DNA of 64,000 nucleotides from an uncultured Gammaproteobacteria bacterium (GTDB taxonomy: Bacteria; Pseudomonadota; Gammaproteobacteria; Arenicellales; JAANXG01), in assembly GCA_947258785.1 (NCBI GenBank), contig CAMYJT010000014.1:6546-70545 (forward strand). The letters are read 5' to 3'. The first letter of the stretch is position 1, and every line of letters begins with the position of its first letter. Below the pieces are notes generated by a model, which saw only the letters and a list, made by a program, of their open reading frames with translations, searched no databases and was not told the DNA's origin. Below are positions 17,565 through 27,454 of the stretch, piece after piece. The position numbers and the translations under genes are program-made.

Positions 17565-17596
17565 TACGTCCGACGCTTAAGCAGAGGTTGGGTCTC

Positions 17597-18472
17597 ATGA
17601 AGCGAATTTTCCTCTTCGTCACCACGAATATCGCGATTCTGTTGGTCCTCAGCGTTGCCGTCCGCGTACTCGGTATCGAGCCGTATCTGAATCAGGGCGG
17701 CATGAACTACCAGTCGCTGCTGATTTTTGCCGCCATACTCGGGATGGGCGGGTCGTTCATCTCGTTGTTGATGTCGAAAATGGCCGCCAAGCGCATGATG
17801 GGCGCACAGCCGATCGAGCAGCCCCGCAACGGCACCGAGCAGTGGCTGCTGGACACCGTGCGTCGCCAGGCCGAAGCCGCAGGCATCGGTATGCCGGAGG
17901 TCGCGATCTTCGACTCACCGCAGGTCAATGCGTTCGCCACGGGCGCGCGCCGCAACCAGGCCCTGGTGGCGGTAAGCAGCGGCCTGTTGCAGTCGATGAG
18001 CCGGGACGAGGCCGAGGCGGTGCTCGGACACGAGGTGTCGCACGTCGCGAACGGTGACATGGTGACCCTGGCGCTCATCCAGGGCGTCGTCAACACCTTT
18101 GTGTTTTTCCTGTCGCGGGTGATCGGCCAAATTGTCGACCGTGCGGTGTTCCGCTCCGAGCACGGCCATGGCCCGGGATTCTGGATCACCAGCATCGTCG
18201 CCCAGGTGGTGCTGGGAATTCTAGCCTCGGTCATCGTCATGTGGTTCAGCCGTCAGCGCGAATTCCGCGCCGACTCCGGAGGCGCCGCGCTGGCCGGCCG
18301 GGACAAAATGGTGTCGGCCCTCGAACGCCTGAAGCAGGCCCACGAGGCGCCGCTGCCGGATCAACTGGCGGCGTTCGGAATAGCGGGTGGCGTCGGCGCG
18401 GGGCTGAAGCGTCTGTTCATGTCGCACCCGCCGCTGGACGAGCGCATCGCGGCGCTGCGCGCCGGCGCTTAG
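17597..18472 (+). CDS. htpX: zinc metalloprotease HtpX
   Basis: [19 protein letters not shown], the [11 protein letters not shown] (HExxH) motif, and a C-terminal [12 protein letters not shown]. Confidence 0.9.
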   Translation: MKRIFLFVTTNIAILLVLSVAVRVLGIEPYLNQGGMNYQSLLIFAAILGMGGSFISLLMSKMAAKRMMGAQPIEQPRNGTEQWLLDTVRRQAEAAGIGMPEVAIFDSPQVNAFATGARRNQALVAVSSGLLQSMSRDEAEAVLGHEVSHVANGDMVTLALIQGVVNTFVFFLSRVIGQIVDRAVFRSEHGHGPGFWITSIVAQVVLGILASVIVMWFSRQREFRADSGGAALAGRDKMVSALERLKQAHEAPLPDQLAAFGIAGGVGAGLKRLFMSHPPLDERIAALRAGA

Positions 18473-18516
18473 GTACTGCGCGGTCCCCGGCGGCGCGCCG
18501 GGAACCGCTGGCGGTG

Positions 18517-19521
18517 TCAGCGTCTGCGTGCAGGACTCGTTGACATCTGCATGGCCTGCTGCTGGGTCTTCGCGAGCGTCGAGAAGAACAGGCCTACGGC
18601 GAGGCTGGCCGCGATGAAGAACACGGAAAGCAAATAGAGCAGCCCCACCGACCCGACGATCGGCACATAGTTCAAATTGACCTCCGCATTGATGGTTTCG
18701 CCGTCCCCTTCGAGCCGGAAGCTTGGGTTCTTGGCCAGGTCGGAGCGCAGGAAATGGATGTCCTCGCTCTCGACCTGGGCGATCGGCGAGTAGGCCAGCA
18801 TACCGCTCACCGTGAACTTATCGTTGAATTTGTAGTAGCCGTCCACGCCGATGAACAGCGAATCCCAGTCCACGTCGTTCTCGATGACGTCGGTGTTTGC
18901 AAAGCCGGCGAAACCCACCGGCTGGCACAGTCTTGGGGTGGTGCAGACGATCTGCCGCACGCCAACGGCGCGGGTTTCTTCGGTCCACACTTGGTACTTA
19001 CCGAACAAACCGATCCCGCCGCGCCGATCCTGGCTGCGGAAGACATCGCGGCCGAGTTTGAGGCTGTAGTAATGCAGCCCGTCGTCGTTGACGTCGCTGT
19101 GGGTGCGGGAGAACAGGTGTTCGCCGCGCCGTGAGGCGCCGAAAAACTGCGCCCCGACGGCGCTGAGAAAATCGTCGTCGACCAGTGTGCCTTCATCGAT
19201 GTCGCCGGAACCCCACACCAGCTCCAGATAAAATCGTTGCGGCAGCCGGATGTGACCCATGATTTCCGCCACCGTGCTGTCGATGTCCTGGTAGGTGAGC
19301 CTGGAGGTGGGGTTGCCAAATCTGGAGTCCACGGCCGAGGCATTGTGGTTCCAGGTCATGTCGCCCTGCGACGCCCAGATCTTGATGCCCAGGGTGACAT
19401 TGGGGCCGGCCTTGATGTCGGCGCTGCGTTCGCCGGCAGCCAGGGCAGGTGCGGCCATCAGCAGGCCTGCGAGTGCCAAGCCCACGCCGGCCCGCGCCGG
19501 TGAGCGTGTCCGTATATTCAT
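18517..19521 (-). CDS. outer-membrane beta-barrel-like protein with a foreign ABC-2-permease-like C-terminal tail (chimeric ORF)
   Basis: Signal peptide MNIRTRSPARAGVGLALAGLLMAAPALA, then alternating beta-strand-like sequence ending ...INAEVNLNY. The last 49 aa (18520-18666), VGLFFSTLAKTQQQAMQMS, resemble the TM5 region of ABC-2 permeases. Confidence 0.55.
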   Translation of the reverse strand: MNIRTRSPARAGVGLALAGLLMAAPALAAGERSADIKAGPNVTLGIKIWASQGDMTWNHNASAVDSRFGNPTSRLTYQDIDSTVAEIMGHIRLPQRFYLELVWGSGDIDEGTLVDDDFLSAVGAQFFGASRRGEHLFSRTHSDVNDDGLHYYSLKLGRDVFRSQDRRGGIGLFGKYQVWTEETRAVGVRQIVCTTPRLCQPVGFAGFANTDVIENDVDWDSLFIGVDGYYKFNDKFTVSGMLAYSPIAQVESEDIHFLRSDLAKNPSFRLEGDGETINAEVNLNYVPIVGSVGLLYLLSVFFIAASLAVGLFFSTLAKTQQQAMQMSTSPARRR

Positions 19522-19713
19522 GATTAGTCTCTCCCGGTCGGTCACGCAACACCAGTAACCATAGCACAAGCGGTCATGACCGCGTAGGCGTGCAAGACCG
19601 TCGCACAGCGACGTGGCCGCCGCATCGTTGTGAAGCGGGTCTGTGTTCCGGCGTTTGACGACGGCCCGTTTGTTGTATTGAATGTGGCGTTTTGCCGCAG
19701 CGGTCAGGAAATC

Positions 19714-20937
19714 ATGCCCGTAGTCAAACCCTTCGCAGGCCTGCGCCCCAATGCCAAGTTTGCACAGGAGGTCATTGCCCCGCCTTACGATGTCTTGACT
19801 ACCGAAGAAGCACGCTCGGTGGCCGCCGACCAACCGAACAACTTCCTGCACGTTTCCAAGCCTGAGATCGATCTGCCTGCGGACGTGTCTCCCTACGACA
19901 CGCTGGTCTACGACACCGGTGCCGAGAACCTGCGCCGCTTAGTCCGTCGGGGGGTGTTGATTCAAGACCCGCGTGAGTGTCTCTATCTGTACCGGATGCA
20001 GACGGCGGCACACGCGCAAACCGGCGTGGTGGCGACGGTGTCGGTGACCGACTACCACGCCAACCGCATCCGCCGGCACGAACTGACCCGCCCGGACAAG
20101 GAGGACGACCGGGTGCGGCACATGGAGGCCCTCAACGCCCAGACCGGACCGGTGTTGCTGGTGCACCAGCACGACTCCGGTGTGGCCGAGCGCCTCGCCG
20201 GCCTGACCCGGCAGGTGCCGCTGTACGAGGGGCTGCGACTGAATGACGTTGAGCACACCCTGTGGGCCATCGAAGATCAGGCGGCCGTCGATGCGTTGCG
20301 TGCGGCGTTCAACGAGATGCCGGCGTTTTACATCGCCGATGGCCATCACCGTTCGGCGGCCGCCGCACGAGTCGCCGAGCGCCGCGGGCCCGAAGACCGG
20401 AACGCCAACCACTTCCTGGCGGTGCTGTTTCCCGCCTCGGAGGTGCGGATCCTCGACTACAACCGCGTGATCAAGACGCTGAACGGACGCACGCCAGCCG
20501 GCTTTGTGGATCGTGTCGCCCGGCGGTTTACGGTCACCGAGGCGGCGGGACCGGTTCGTCCGCAGCGGCCCGGTGAGTTTGGGATGTGTCTGGCCGGCCG
20601 GTGGTACCGGCTCACCGCCCCGGCGTCGCAGCTGCAGGCCGATGATCCGGTCGCGCGTCTGGACGTCAGCATTCTGTCCGAGCAGGTGATCGAACCGCTG
20701 CTCGGGATCCACGACATGCGGCGGGACCCGCACATCGATTTTGTGGGCGGCGCCCGTGGCTTGCGCGAACTCGAGTGCCGGGTGGACGGCGGCGACGCCG
20801 TAGCCTTCTCAATGTATCCGACTCCGCTGTCCGCGCTCATCCAGGTGGCGGACGCCGGCCGGGTCATGCCGCCGAAATCGACTTGGTTCGAACCCAAACT
20901 GGCCGACGGGCTGGTGTCTCATTTGCTGGGTCGGTGA
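19714..20937 (+). CDS. DUF1015 family protein
   Basis: MPVVKPFAGLRPNAKFAQEVIAPPYDVL and ADGHHRSAAA are typical of DUF1015 (recalled). Confidence 0.75.
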   Translation: MPVVKPFAGLRPNAKFAQEVIAPPYDVLTTEEARSVAADQPNNFLHVSKPEIDLPADVSPYDTLVYDTGAENLRRLVRRGVLIQDPRECLYLYRMQTAAHAQTGVVATVSVTDYHANRIRRHELTRPDKEDDRVRHMEALNAQTGPVLLVHQHDSGVAERLAGLTRQVPLYEGLRLNDVEHTLWAIEDQAAVDALRAAFNEMPAFYIADGHHRSAAAARVAERRGPEDRNANHFLAVLFPASEVRILDYNRVIKTLNGRTPAGFVDRVARRFTVTEAAGPVRPQRPGEFGMCLAGRWYRLTAPASQLQADDPVARLDVSILSEQVIEPLLGIHDMRRDPHIDFVGGARGLRELECRVDGGDAVAFSMYPTPLSALIQVADAGRVMPPKSTWFEPKLADGLVSHLLGR

Positions 20938-20977
20938 GGCCGCCGCCCGGCAATTTCGCCACCCTGTGTTAAGTCAC

Positions 20978-21004
20978 GGGGCCGGAGTTGTTCACTCTGG
21001 CCCC
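20978..21004. terminator. GC-rich hairpin between convergent DUF1015 and DUF3106 genes
   Basis: GGGGCCGGAG / TTGTTCA loop / CTCTGGCCCC (9 of 10 bp paired), followed by AGGTTCTTCG. Confidence 0.45.
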
Positions 21005-21023
21005 AGGTTCTTCGAGACGGGGA

Positions 21024-21407
21024 TCAACCGCCGTCGAGGCAGGGCGGCGGCAGGTAGCCGTGCTCCTGCTCGAAGCGCTGACACAATGCCCGGCGTCGCG
21101 GCGGCGGCAGCTGCCGGAACTCATACGCCCGCCGCCGCAGGCGCTCCAACTGCTGCGGCTCCATTTCCATCAGGCGGCGGGCCTGCCCGCGCAGCCGGTG
21201 TCTGACCGACGGCGAATAGCTGTTCCAGCGCTCCGAGTGGTGCTTCAAAAACTGCTGTTCCGACGGGCCGAGTTCATTCCAGATGCGCGGCGCGCCCGGG
21301 CGCAGCGGCTCATCCGCCCGCACCGGTGCGCCGACGATGACCGCGCCGGTCAGCCAGCAGGCGGCCAGCAGGGGAGGCCATCTCACAATGCGGGTGGCCG
21401 GTGGCAT
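21024..21407 (-). CDS. DUF3106-like protein
   Basis: Repeated W..L.P..Q/R-rich helices: IWNELGPSEQQFLKHHSERWNSYSP...LERLRRRAYEFRQLPPPRRR. Last gene of the ECF sigma operon. Confidence 0.55.
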   Translation of the reverse strand: MPPATRIVRWPPLLAACWLTGAVIVGAPVRADEPLRPGAPRIWNELGPSEQQFLKHHSERWNSYSPSVRHRLRGQARRLMEMEPQQLERLRRRAYEFRQLPPPRRRALCQRFEQEHGYLPPPCLDGG

Positions 21408-21410
21408 CCG

Positions 21411-21887
21411 TCAGGTCCCATTCCCCGGCGCGGTGCGTGGCGCGCCTTGCCGCTCCAGCCAGACGTAAAAGTCCAGGTTGTCGGTCAGATCCGACAGGAC
21501 TTCCGGGTTGCTGCCGGCGGCCGCGGACACCGTGGTGCCGGGGTCGACGAAGGCGCTTCGTTCCGGCAGCCCCAACCAGGCCAAGCCGACCGCGAGAGCG
21601 GCGGCGGCCGCGGTCGACGCCGCGAACACCGGGAAGCGGCGGCGCATCTTCGGTGTGTGACCACCCACCACTTTCCGGCGGCGCCAACGCAGCTGCCGGT
21701 TGACCTCGTCCGCCCGTTCCGCCGAATCGTTGAGTCCGTCGATGATCCGCTCCGGCGCCCGGAACTCCCGTTGCGCATGCGCATCGGTCTTCAGGATCTG
21801 CTCCACGTGCGCCTTCAAGGCACGCCGGTCGTCGAGCAGGCCGGCGCGCAAGCGGTGCAAGAGGTCGGTCAGCTGTGCATCAGTCAT
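21411..21887 (-). CDS. DUF3619-like single-pass membrane protein (possible anti-sigma partner)
   Basis: 158 aa with a central TM segment (FPVFAASTAAAAALAVGLAWL). Overlaps the sigma-factor stop by 8 nt. Confidence 0.55.
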   Translation of the reverse strand: MTDAQLTDLLHRLRAGLLDDRRALKAHVEQILKTDAHAQREFRAPERIIDGLNDSAERADEVNRQLRWRRRKVVGGHTPKMRRRFPVFAASTAAAAALAVGLAWLGLPERSAFVDPGTTVSAAAGSNPEVLSDLTDNLDFYVWLERQGAPRTAPGNGT

Positions 21888-22575
21888 TGTTCCACACCTC
21901 GGTCAATTCAATGCGTAACGCCTGGATGGCGCGATAGTGATGTTGTTTGACGCTGCCTTCTGAGCACCCCAGGATCTTCGCCGTGTCCCGCACCGAGAAG
22001 CCCTGCCATTCCCGCAGCAGGAACACCTGCCGTTGCCGCCTGGAAAGACGGTTGACCGCAGCATCGATTCGCTGCCCCAACTGCGAGTTCATAGCCTGTC
22101 TGTCGGGCTGATGGCGCTCCGGGCTGGCCTGGACCCCGACTCCGCTGTTCAGTAGATCGCGTTCGTTGCCGTTGTCGGGGCTCGTCCAAAACAGCGACAC
22201 CAGCCGGCCGCCTGCTTCGCGCAGCCGTTTCCATCGGTGGACGTCGGTGATGCGGTGATGGAGTATCGTAAAAAACAACGCCGGCCACTCGCCTTGGGGT
22301 CGGTCCGAATACTTCTCGACCAGCTTCAGCATGCTGTCTTGCACCACGTCCAGGGCAGCCTGTTCGTCGCCCAAGGCGTAGTAGCCGATGCGGTAAGCCC
22401 GGCGTTCGACAGCGGCCAGAAATTCATCGATGTTGTCGAACGATGGAGCATCTGCCGCCGCGGCGGCGCCGCCCGCGTTGCGATGCTGGGTTGTGTTACC
22501 ACGATCCAAACCGGCCGCTACCGCTGATTCCGGGGGCCTACTGGCAAGCCCAGGGAGCGTATCCACACCGATCAC
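21880..22575 (-). CDS. ECF-type sigma-70 family RNA polymerase sigma factor
   Basis: Region 2 (ALDVVQDSMLKLVEKY...FFTILHHRITDVHR) and region 4 (LSRRQRQVFLLREWQGFSVRDTAKILGCSEGSVKQHHYRAIQALR). The N-terminal start is uncertain. Confidence 0.8.
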   Translation of the reverse strand: MIGVDTLPGLASRPPESAVAAGLDRGNTTQHRNAGGAAAAADAPSFDNIDEFLAAVERRAYRIGYYALGDEQAALDVVQDSMLKLVEKYSDRPQGEWPALFFTILHHRITDVHRWKRLREAGGRLVSLFWTSPDNGNERDLLNSGVGVQASPERHQPDRQAMNSQLGQRIDAAVNRLSRRQRQVFLLREWQGFSVRDTAKILGCSEGSVKQHHYRAIQALRIELTEVWNND

Positions 22576-22806
22576 CCGGCCGGCCGGGCGGTCCCGCTTT
22601 GGGGGTGCTCGGCGGGTGGCCGTCGGTGGGTGGCATCCGTGATCCTATCCACACGGCCGGCGGCAATGACGGTGGACGCACCGGTGTTCGCCGTATCCGA
22701 TTCTGGGTGGGGCATGGTCGCTCAAATAATTGGTTTGGTCTTTGTGCTGAAGGTCGTTTGCGGTCGCCTGATCAAAAAAACGTATTGCGGGCCGGAAGGT
22801 TGACAT

Positions 22807-23649
22807 TCAGCCGTCTCCGAAGCGCAGGATGAGCCGGTCCAGCCAGCGGTCCGGCAGCCATCGTTTGAAGCGTGACATCAGGTGGGCCGGCACAGTGACC
22901 GGATATCGGACGCGAGGCCTGGGGCTCTCCAGCGCGTGCAGGATTTTGTCGAGCACCGCTTCGGCGGGTAAGGTAAACTGGACGCCGCCTTTGCTTTGCA
23001 AACGCTGCTCGACCCGTCGATAGGCTTCCCGGTGCACGCTCCGATCGGGATCGATGTGGGTGTGGTAGTGTTGCAGTGCATTATCGCGGAACCGGCTGTC
23101 GATTGGACCGGGTTCGATCAAAGAGATGTGGATGTGCGTATCCCGGAGTTCCAAGCGCATGGTGTCCGACAGCGCCTCGAGCGCGTATTTCGATGCATTG
23201 TATGCGCCCCGGAACGGCAGACAGACCAGGCCCAGGATCGAGCTTATTTGAATGATGCGCCCCTGGTTTGCGCGGCGGAAGACCGGGATTAGTCTGGCAG
23301 TCAGTTCGTGCGTGCCGAATAGGTTGATGTCGAACTGGGCCCGCAACGCCTCACTCGACAGGTCCTCCACGGCCCCGGGTTGTCCGTAGGCCCCGTTGTT
23401 GATCAAGGCATACAACTTGCCGTCGGTGCGGTCTAAAATATCCCCAACCGCTTGTTCGATGGACGCCGGCGCGGCAAGATCGAGCCGCCGGGTATCGAGA
23501 CCGAGCTGTGTCAAGGATTCGACATCACGGTCCTGCCGAACCGTAGCGAAGACGCGATATCCCCGTTGCGCTAGGCCCAGCGCCGCGCAGCGGCCGATCC
23601 CGGAAGAGCAGCCGGTGATGAGCACGGGGCGGTCGGGTGAGGTTGACAT
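22807..23649 (-). CDS. SDR-family oxidoreductase
   Basis: VLITGCSSGIGR (TGxxxGIG) and the YNASKYALE (YxxxK) motif. Confidence 0.85.
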   Translation of the reverse strand: MSTSPDRPVLITGCSSGIGRCAALGLAQRGYRVFATVRQDRDVESLTQLGLDTRRLDLAAPASIEQAVGDILDRTDGKLYALINNGAYGQPGAVEDLSSEALRAQFDINLFGTHELTARLIPVFRRANQGRIIQISSILGLVCLPFRGAYNASKYALEALSDTMRLELRDTHIHISLIEPGPIDSRFRDNALQHYHTHIDPDRSVHREAYRRVEQRLQSKGGVQFTLPAEAVLDKILHALESPRPRVRYPVTVPAHLMSRFKRWLPDRWLDRLILRFGDG

Positions 23650-23860
23650 AATCGATTCCAGATACGCAAGTCGTCGAGCGCCCGGGAGTTTAACTCGAAA
23701 GCTCCCTGCCGAGACAGGTTGTTGGAGGCGGGCGGTGAGGCGGTTTTGTCATTTATAATCAACGCGCACTCCAGCGACGCGTCGTTGTGCCACGAAATCG
23801 GAGCGTCTCGGATTGTACCGCCATCAGGATTTGATGGCTGTAGTAAAACGTAAAAGTCTC

Positions 23861-24808
23861 ATGTCAAATTGTCTGCGAGTCGGGGTCATCGGGGTCGGAT
23901 ACCTGGGCCGTATCCACGCCGGGATCTACGCCCGGATGCCGGACGTGGAGTTGGTCGGCGTGGCGGACATCAATCCGAACACCGCGGGCGAAATCGCCGG
24001 CTGTTACGACTGCGCCGGCTATCAGGATCCCTACGCCTTGGTGGACAAGGTCGATGCGGTGAGCATCGCCGTGCCCACCAGCGTGCACATGGACGTCGCG
24101 CTGCCGTACCTCAATGCGCAGGTGCACACCCTGCTCGAGAAACCGATTGCCCCCACGGTTTCCGAGGCGGAGACGATTGTTGAGGCGGCGGAGGATTCCG
24201 GTGTGATTCTGCTCATCGGGCATCTGGAGCGATTCAACGCGGGCATCATAGCGCTGGCGGATCGTGCCGCAAATCCGAGATTCATTGAAGTTCACCGGCT
24301 GGGGACCTTTGTCGAGCGCGCCGCGGACGTCGATGTAGTCACTGATCTCATGATCCACGACATCGACATCGCCTTGTCGTTGATTCGCTCTGAGCTGACC
24401 TACATCTCCGCGGTTGGTACGCCGGTGGTCACCGACCACGTGGACATCGCCAACGCGCGACTGGAATTCGCCAACGCAGCGGTTGCGAACGTCACAGCGA
24501 GCCGGGTGTCGAACCGGAAATTCCGCCGCATCCGCGTGTTCGGGGACGACAGTTACCTGGCCTTAAATTTCATCGACCAGCAGATCGAGGTCATCCGTAC
24601 CACCAAGCCGGCGCTGGGCGCCAGATATCCCGACCTGACGATGGAGAAGATTCAAGTGTCGCCACGCCCGCCCCTGGACGCCGAGCTCGAACATTTTGTC
24701 GAGACCGTCCGCGCACGGGGCCGGCCGTTGGTAAGCGGAAGCGACGGCTTGAAGGCATTACGTGTGGCGGAACAGGTGCAGCACAAAATCCACTCGGGGT
24801 TGGCGTGA
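23861..24808 (+). CDS. Gfo/Idh/MocA-family oxidoreductase
   Basis: N-terminal Rossmann LRVGVIGVGYLGRIHAGIY and the EKP motif (LLEKPIA). Confidence 0.8.
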   Translation: MSNCLRVGVIGVGYLGRIHAGIYARMPDVELVGVADINPNTAGEIAGCYDCAGYQDPYALVDKVDAVSIAVPTSVHMDVALPYLNAQVHTLLEKPIAPTVSEAETIVEAAEDSGVILLIGHLERFNAGIIALADRAANPRFIEVHRLGTFVERAADVDVVTDLMIHDIDIALSLIRSELTYISAVGTPVVTDHVDIANARLEFANAAVANVTASRVSNRKFRRIRVFGDDSYLALNFIDQQIEVIRTTKPALGARYPDLTMEKIQVSPRPPLDAELEHFVETVRARGRPLVSGSDGLKALRVAEQVQHKIHSGLA

Positions 24809-25305
24809 TGGGACGGGGCTTGAGTTGGGCGCGGGTGATGACGGCCGCGGTGGCGGTGCAGCTGACCGGACCTGCGCTTGCAGCGGACTGCCGGCTGACG
24901 ACACCGGAGTTGGAGGCCATGCACACGGCGGAGCTGCGCGTATCTGGCCGGGACGGGGCTGTCGTCGAGTTCGCGGTCAAGGTGGCTGACGATGCGCACG
25001 AACGGGCTGCCGGATTTCAACATGTCTGTCCGGAAACCATACGGCGGACACCGATACTGTTCGTGTTCAAAAGACCCGTCATGATTATGTTCCACATGCA
25101 GAATGTGCGCGCACCGCTGGATATCGGTTTTATCGACCCGTGGGGGCGGTTGGCTGAGATATTGCCGATGATGATCGATCAAGCCGGCGCGCGCCGCTAC
25201 TATCGTCCTTCGGGTCCGATCCGCGCTGCGCTGGAAGCCCATGCGGGATTTTTTGCCAAGCACGGTATGTCGGTCGGGCATACCCGGATCGATGCGTGGC
25301 CTTGA
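24805..25305 (+). CDS. DUF192 domain protein
   Basis: AAGFQHV...ILFVFKRPVMIMFHMQNVRAPLDIGFIDPWGRL...ALEAHAGFF matches the recalled DUF192 pattern. Start overlaps the upstream stop (GTGATG). Confidence 0.65.
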   Translation: MMGRGLSWARVMTAAVAVQLTGPALAADCRLTTPELEAMHTAELRVSGRDGAVVEFAVKVADDAHERAAGFQHVCPETIRRTPILFVFKRPVMIMFHMQNVRAPLDIGFIDPWGRLAEILPMMIDQAGARRYYRPSGPIRAALEAHAGFFAKHGMSVGHTRIDAWP

Positions 25306-25483
25306 GTCAAGGTGTCGTCGAACACGGCGGGATTCCGGCTGAGTCGCCGGCAACCGATCCGGTGCCCGCAATGCCCCCGGCCGGAGTAGGGACGCTGAGC
25401 CGGGTGCGCCGAAGACCGTGGCCGGGCCCGCCGCCGGCTTGGGATAGGGCACCGGTGCTTCGCCGAGGCTCAGGATCGATGCC

Positions 25484-27454
25484 GTGACGAGGCGCGTCGC
25501 GCCATACGGCACTTGGTCGAGTCCTTTGGACATCACTGCGCTTTTCGAGCGGCAGGCGTCCCCGGCGTACCCCGACATGTACCGCGGCGAACGGTACTGG
25601 CTCGAGACCAAGGCGAAGGAAGGCGGGCGGCTGGCGCTGATGCGGAAGGCAGCGGACGGGCGTCTGGCCTGCCTCACACCGACCGGCTTCAACGTTCGCA
25701 CCCGGGTGCACGAGTACGGCGGCCGGTGTTTTGTGATCGGCAACGATCGGGTGTATTTCAGCAATTTTTCCGATCAGCGGCTCTATGTACAGGCGCTGCG
25801 GGAGGACGCTCGCCCACGGCCGCTCACCCCAAAGCGGCAGGCCGACGGGTCAACGGGCATGTATGCCGATCTCCAATTGTCTGCGGACGGCAGGTGGCTG
25901 ATCTTCGTCTGGGAGAGCGACTGTCCGGATCGTGAGAACCGCAACGCGCTCGGCTATCTGGCCTTGCCGGGCGACGGCGAGTCGGTGCCCGGCCTGCTCG
26001 TCGACGGCTGTGATTTCTATGCCAATCCGGTGTTGGCCCCGGACGGCCGTCGTCTGGCCTGGATTCAGTGGCGTCATCCGTACATGCCGTGGGATCAGAC
26101 GGAGTTGTGGTTGGCGGATCTCGGGCACCGGAATCGAGGCCTGACGCTGATCGAACCCCGCATGATTGCCGGCGGTGAGCGGCGCTCGATATGTCAGCTG
26201 GTGTTTGGCCAAGAAGGCACGCTGTACTTCGCCATGGACGGCGATATGGCCGAGGCACCGGCTGGGGCGTTCTGGAATCTGTATCAGTACCGACACGGAG
26301 CGGTGTCAGCGCTGACCGCAGACCGGGCGGAATACGGACAGCCCCACTGGGTGTTCGGCGAATCGCGCTGCGTTCCATTGTCGGGCCGTCGCCTGCTGGC
26401 GGTGCGCACCTCGGGTGACGGTGATGAGCTGGTCTTGGTGGACGTTGCGAGTCGGAGCGTCAAGCCGATCCGATCGGCGTATCAGGGCTACGCCCATCTG
26501 TCGCGCGCCGGCGAGCGGGACGACGTCCTCATGGTCGCTCGTTCTGCGCGGCACGCGGGCCGTATCGTCCGGTGCAGGGACGGCAGTGAATCGCTGGAGG
26601 TCTGTGACGACTTGAAACCGTTGTTATCGGAGTGCGACATCAGCGTCGGCAGGGCGATCTCGTATCCGACCCGCGACGGCGCCATCGCCCATGCCTATTT
26701 CTACGCGCCGAACAACGCATGCTTTATCGGGCCCGATACGGCCCGCCCGCCACTATTGGTGATGGTGCACGGCGGACCCACCTCCCGGTGTGCGCCAAGC
26801 TTTGATCCGGCCAAACAATACTGGACGACGATCGGCTTCGCCGTTCTCGACGTCAATCATCGAGGCAGTACCGGATACGGACGCGCCTATCGCCAGTCGC
26901 TGCTCGGGCACTGGGGCGAATACGAAAGCATTGATATCGTTGACGGCATTGAGTACCTGATCCGGCAGGATTTGATCGACCAACAGCGCGTATGTATCCG
27001 CGGGCGCAGTGCCGGTGGCTATACTGTGCTGCGCGCGCTGACCGGGTTTCCGCAGTATTTTGCGGCCGCCGCCTGTTATTTCGGGATCGGTAACCTGGTG
27101 ACCCTGGCCGAGACCACCCACAAGTTCGAACGTCATTACACGGACAATCTGATCGGAGAGGAGTTTGATCCACAACATGCGCGCCGGGTGACCAGTTTGT
27201 ACTACCAGCGTTCGCCCATTCACTTTGTCGATCGGATCGGCAGCCCGACGATCATTTTTCAGGGTGTGGAAGACAAAGTTGTGCCGATGTCCGTGTCGCG
27301 GGAGTTGGTGATCGAACTCCAGCGGCGTGGGATCGATCACGAATACACGGAGTATCCCGGTGAAGGGCACGGTTTCCGGAGCAGCCAAACCAACATCGAT
27401 GCCTTGACCCGGGAGGTAAAGTTCTATGTCCGCGTCATGGGGTTGGACCATTAG
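25484..27454 (+). CDS. S9-family serine peptidase (prolyl oligopeptidase/acylaminoacyl peptidase-like)
   Basis: N-terminal beta-propeller-like region. C-terminal alpha/beta-hydrolase domain with GRSAGGYT (GxSxGG), then QGVEDKVV and GEGHGF. Confidence 0.85.
   Translation: MTRRVAPYGTWSSPLDITALFERQASPAYPDMYRGERYWLETKAKEGGRLALMRKAADGRLACLTPTGFNVRTRVHEYGGRCFVIGNDRVYFSNFSDQRLYVQALREDARPRPLTPKRQADGSTGMYADLQLSADGRWLIFVWESDCPDRENRNALGYLALPGDGESVPGLLVDGCDFYANPVLAPDGRRLAWIQWRHPYMPWDQTELWLADLGHRNRGLTLIEPRMIAGGERRSICQLVFGQEGTLYFAMDGDMAEAPAGAFWNLYQYRHGAVSALTADRAEYGQPHWVFGESRCVPLSGRRLLAVRTSGDGDELVLVDVASRSVKPIRSAYQGYAHLSRAGERDDVLMVARSARHAGRIVRCRDGSESLEVCDDLKPLLSECDISVGRAISYPTRDGAIAHAYFYAPNNACFIGPDTARPPLLVMVHGGPTSRCAPSFDPAKQYWTTIGFAVLDVNHRGSTGYGRAYRQSLLGHWGEYESIDIVDGIEYLIRQDLIDQQRVCIRGRSAGGYTVLRALTGFPQYFAAAACYFGIGNLVTLAETTHKFERHYTDNLIGEEFDPQHARRVTSLYYQRSPIHFVDRIGSPTIIFQGVEDKVVPMSVSRELVIELQRRGIDHEYTEYPGEGHGFRSSQTNIDALTREVKFYVRVMGLDH

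Noticed and set aside
23754-23759. Perfect TATAAT about 100 nt upstream of the Gfo/Idh/MocA gene
   Set aside because: There is no credible -35 (GGCGGT) or extended -10 element. A single hexamer match is insufficient.
24652-25764. 370-aa minus-strand ORF spanning DUF192 and the S9 peptidase start
   Set aside because: It is antisense to two well-supported genes and has R/P/S-rich composition.
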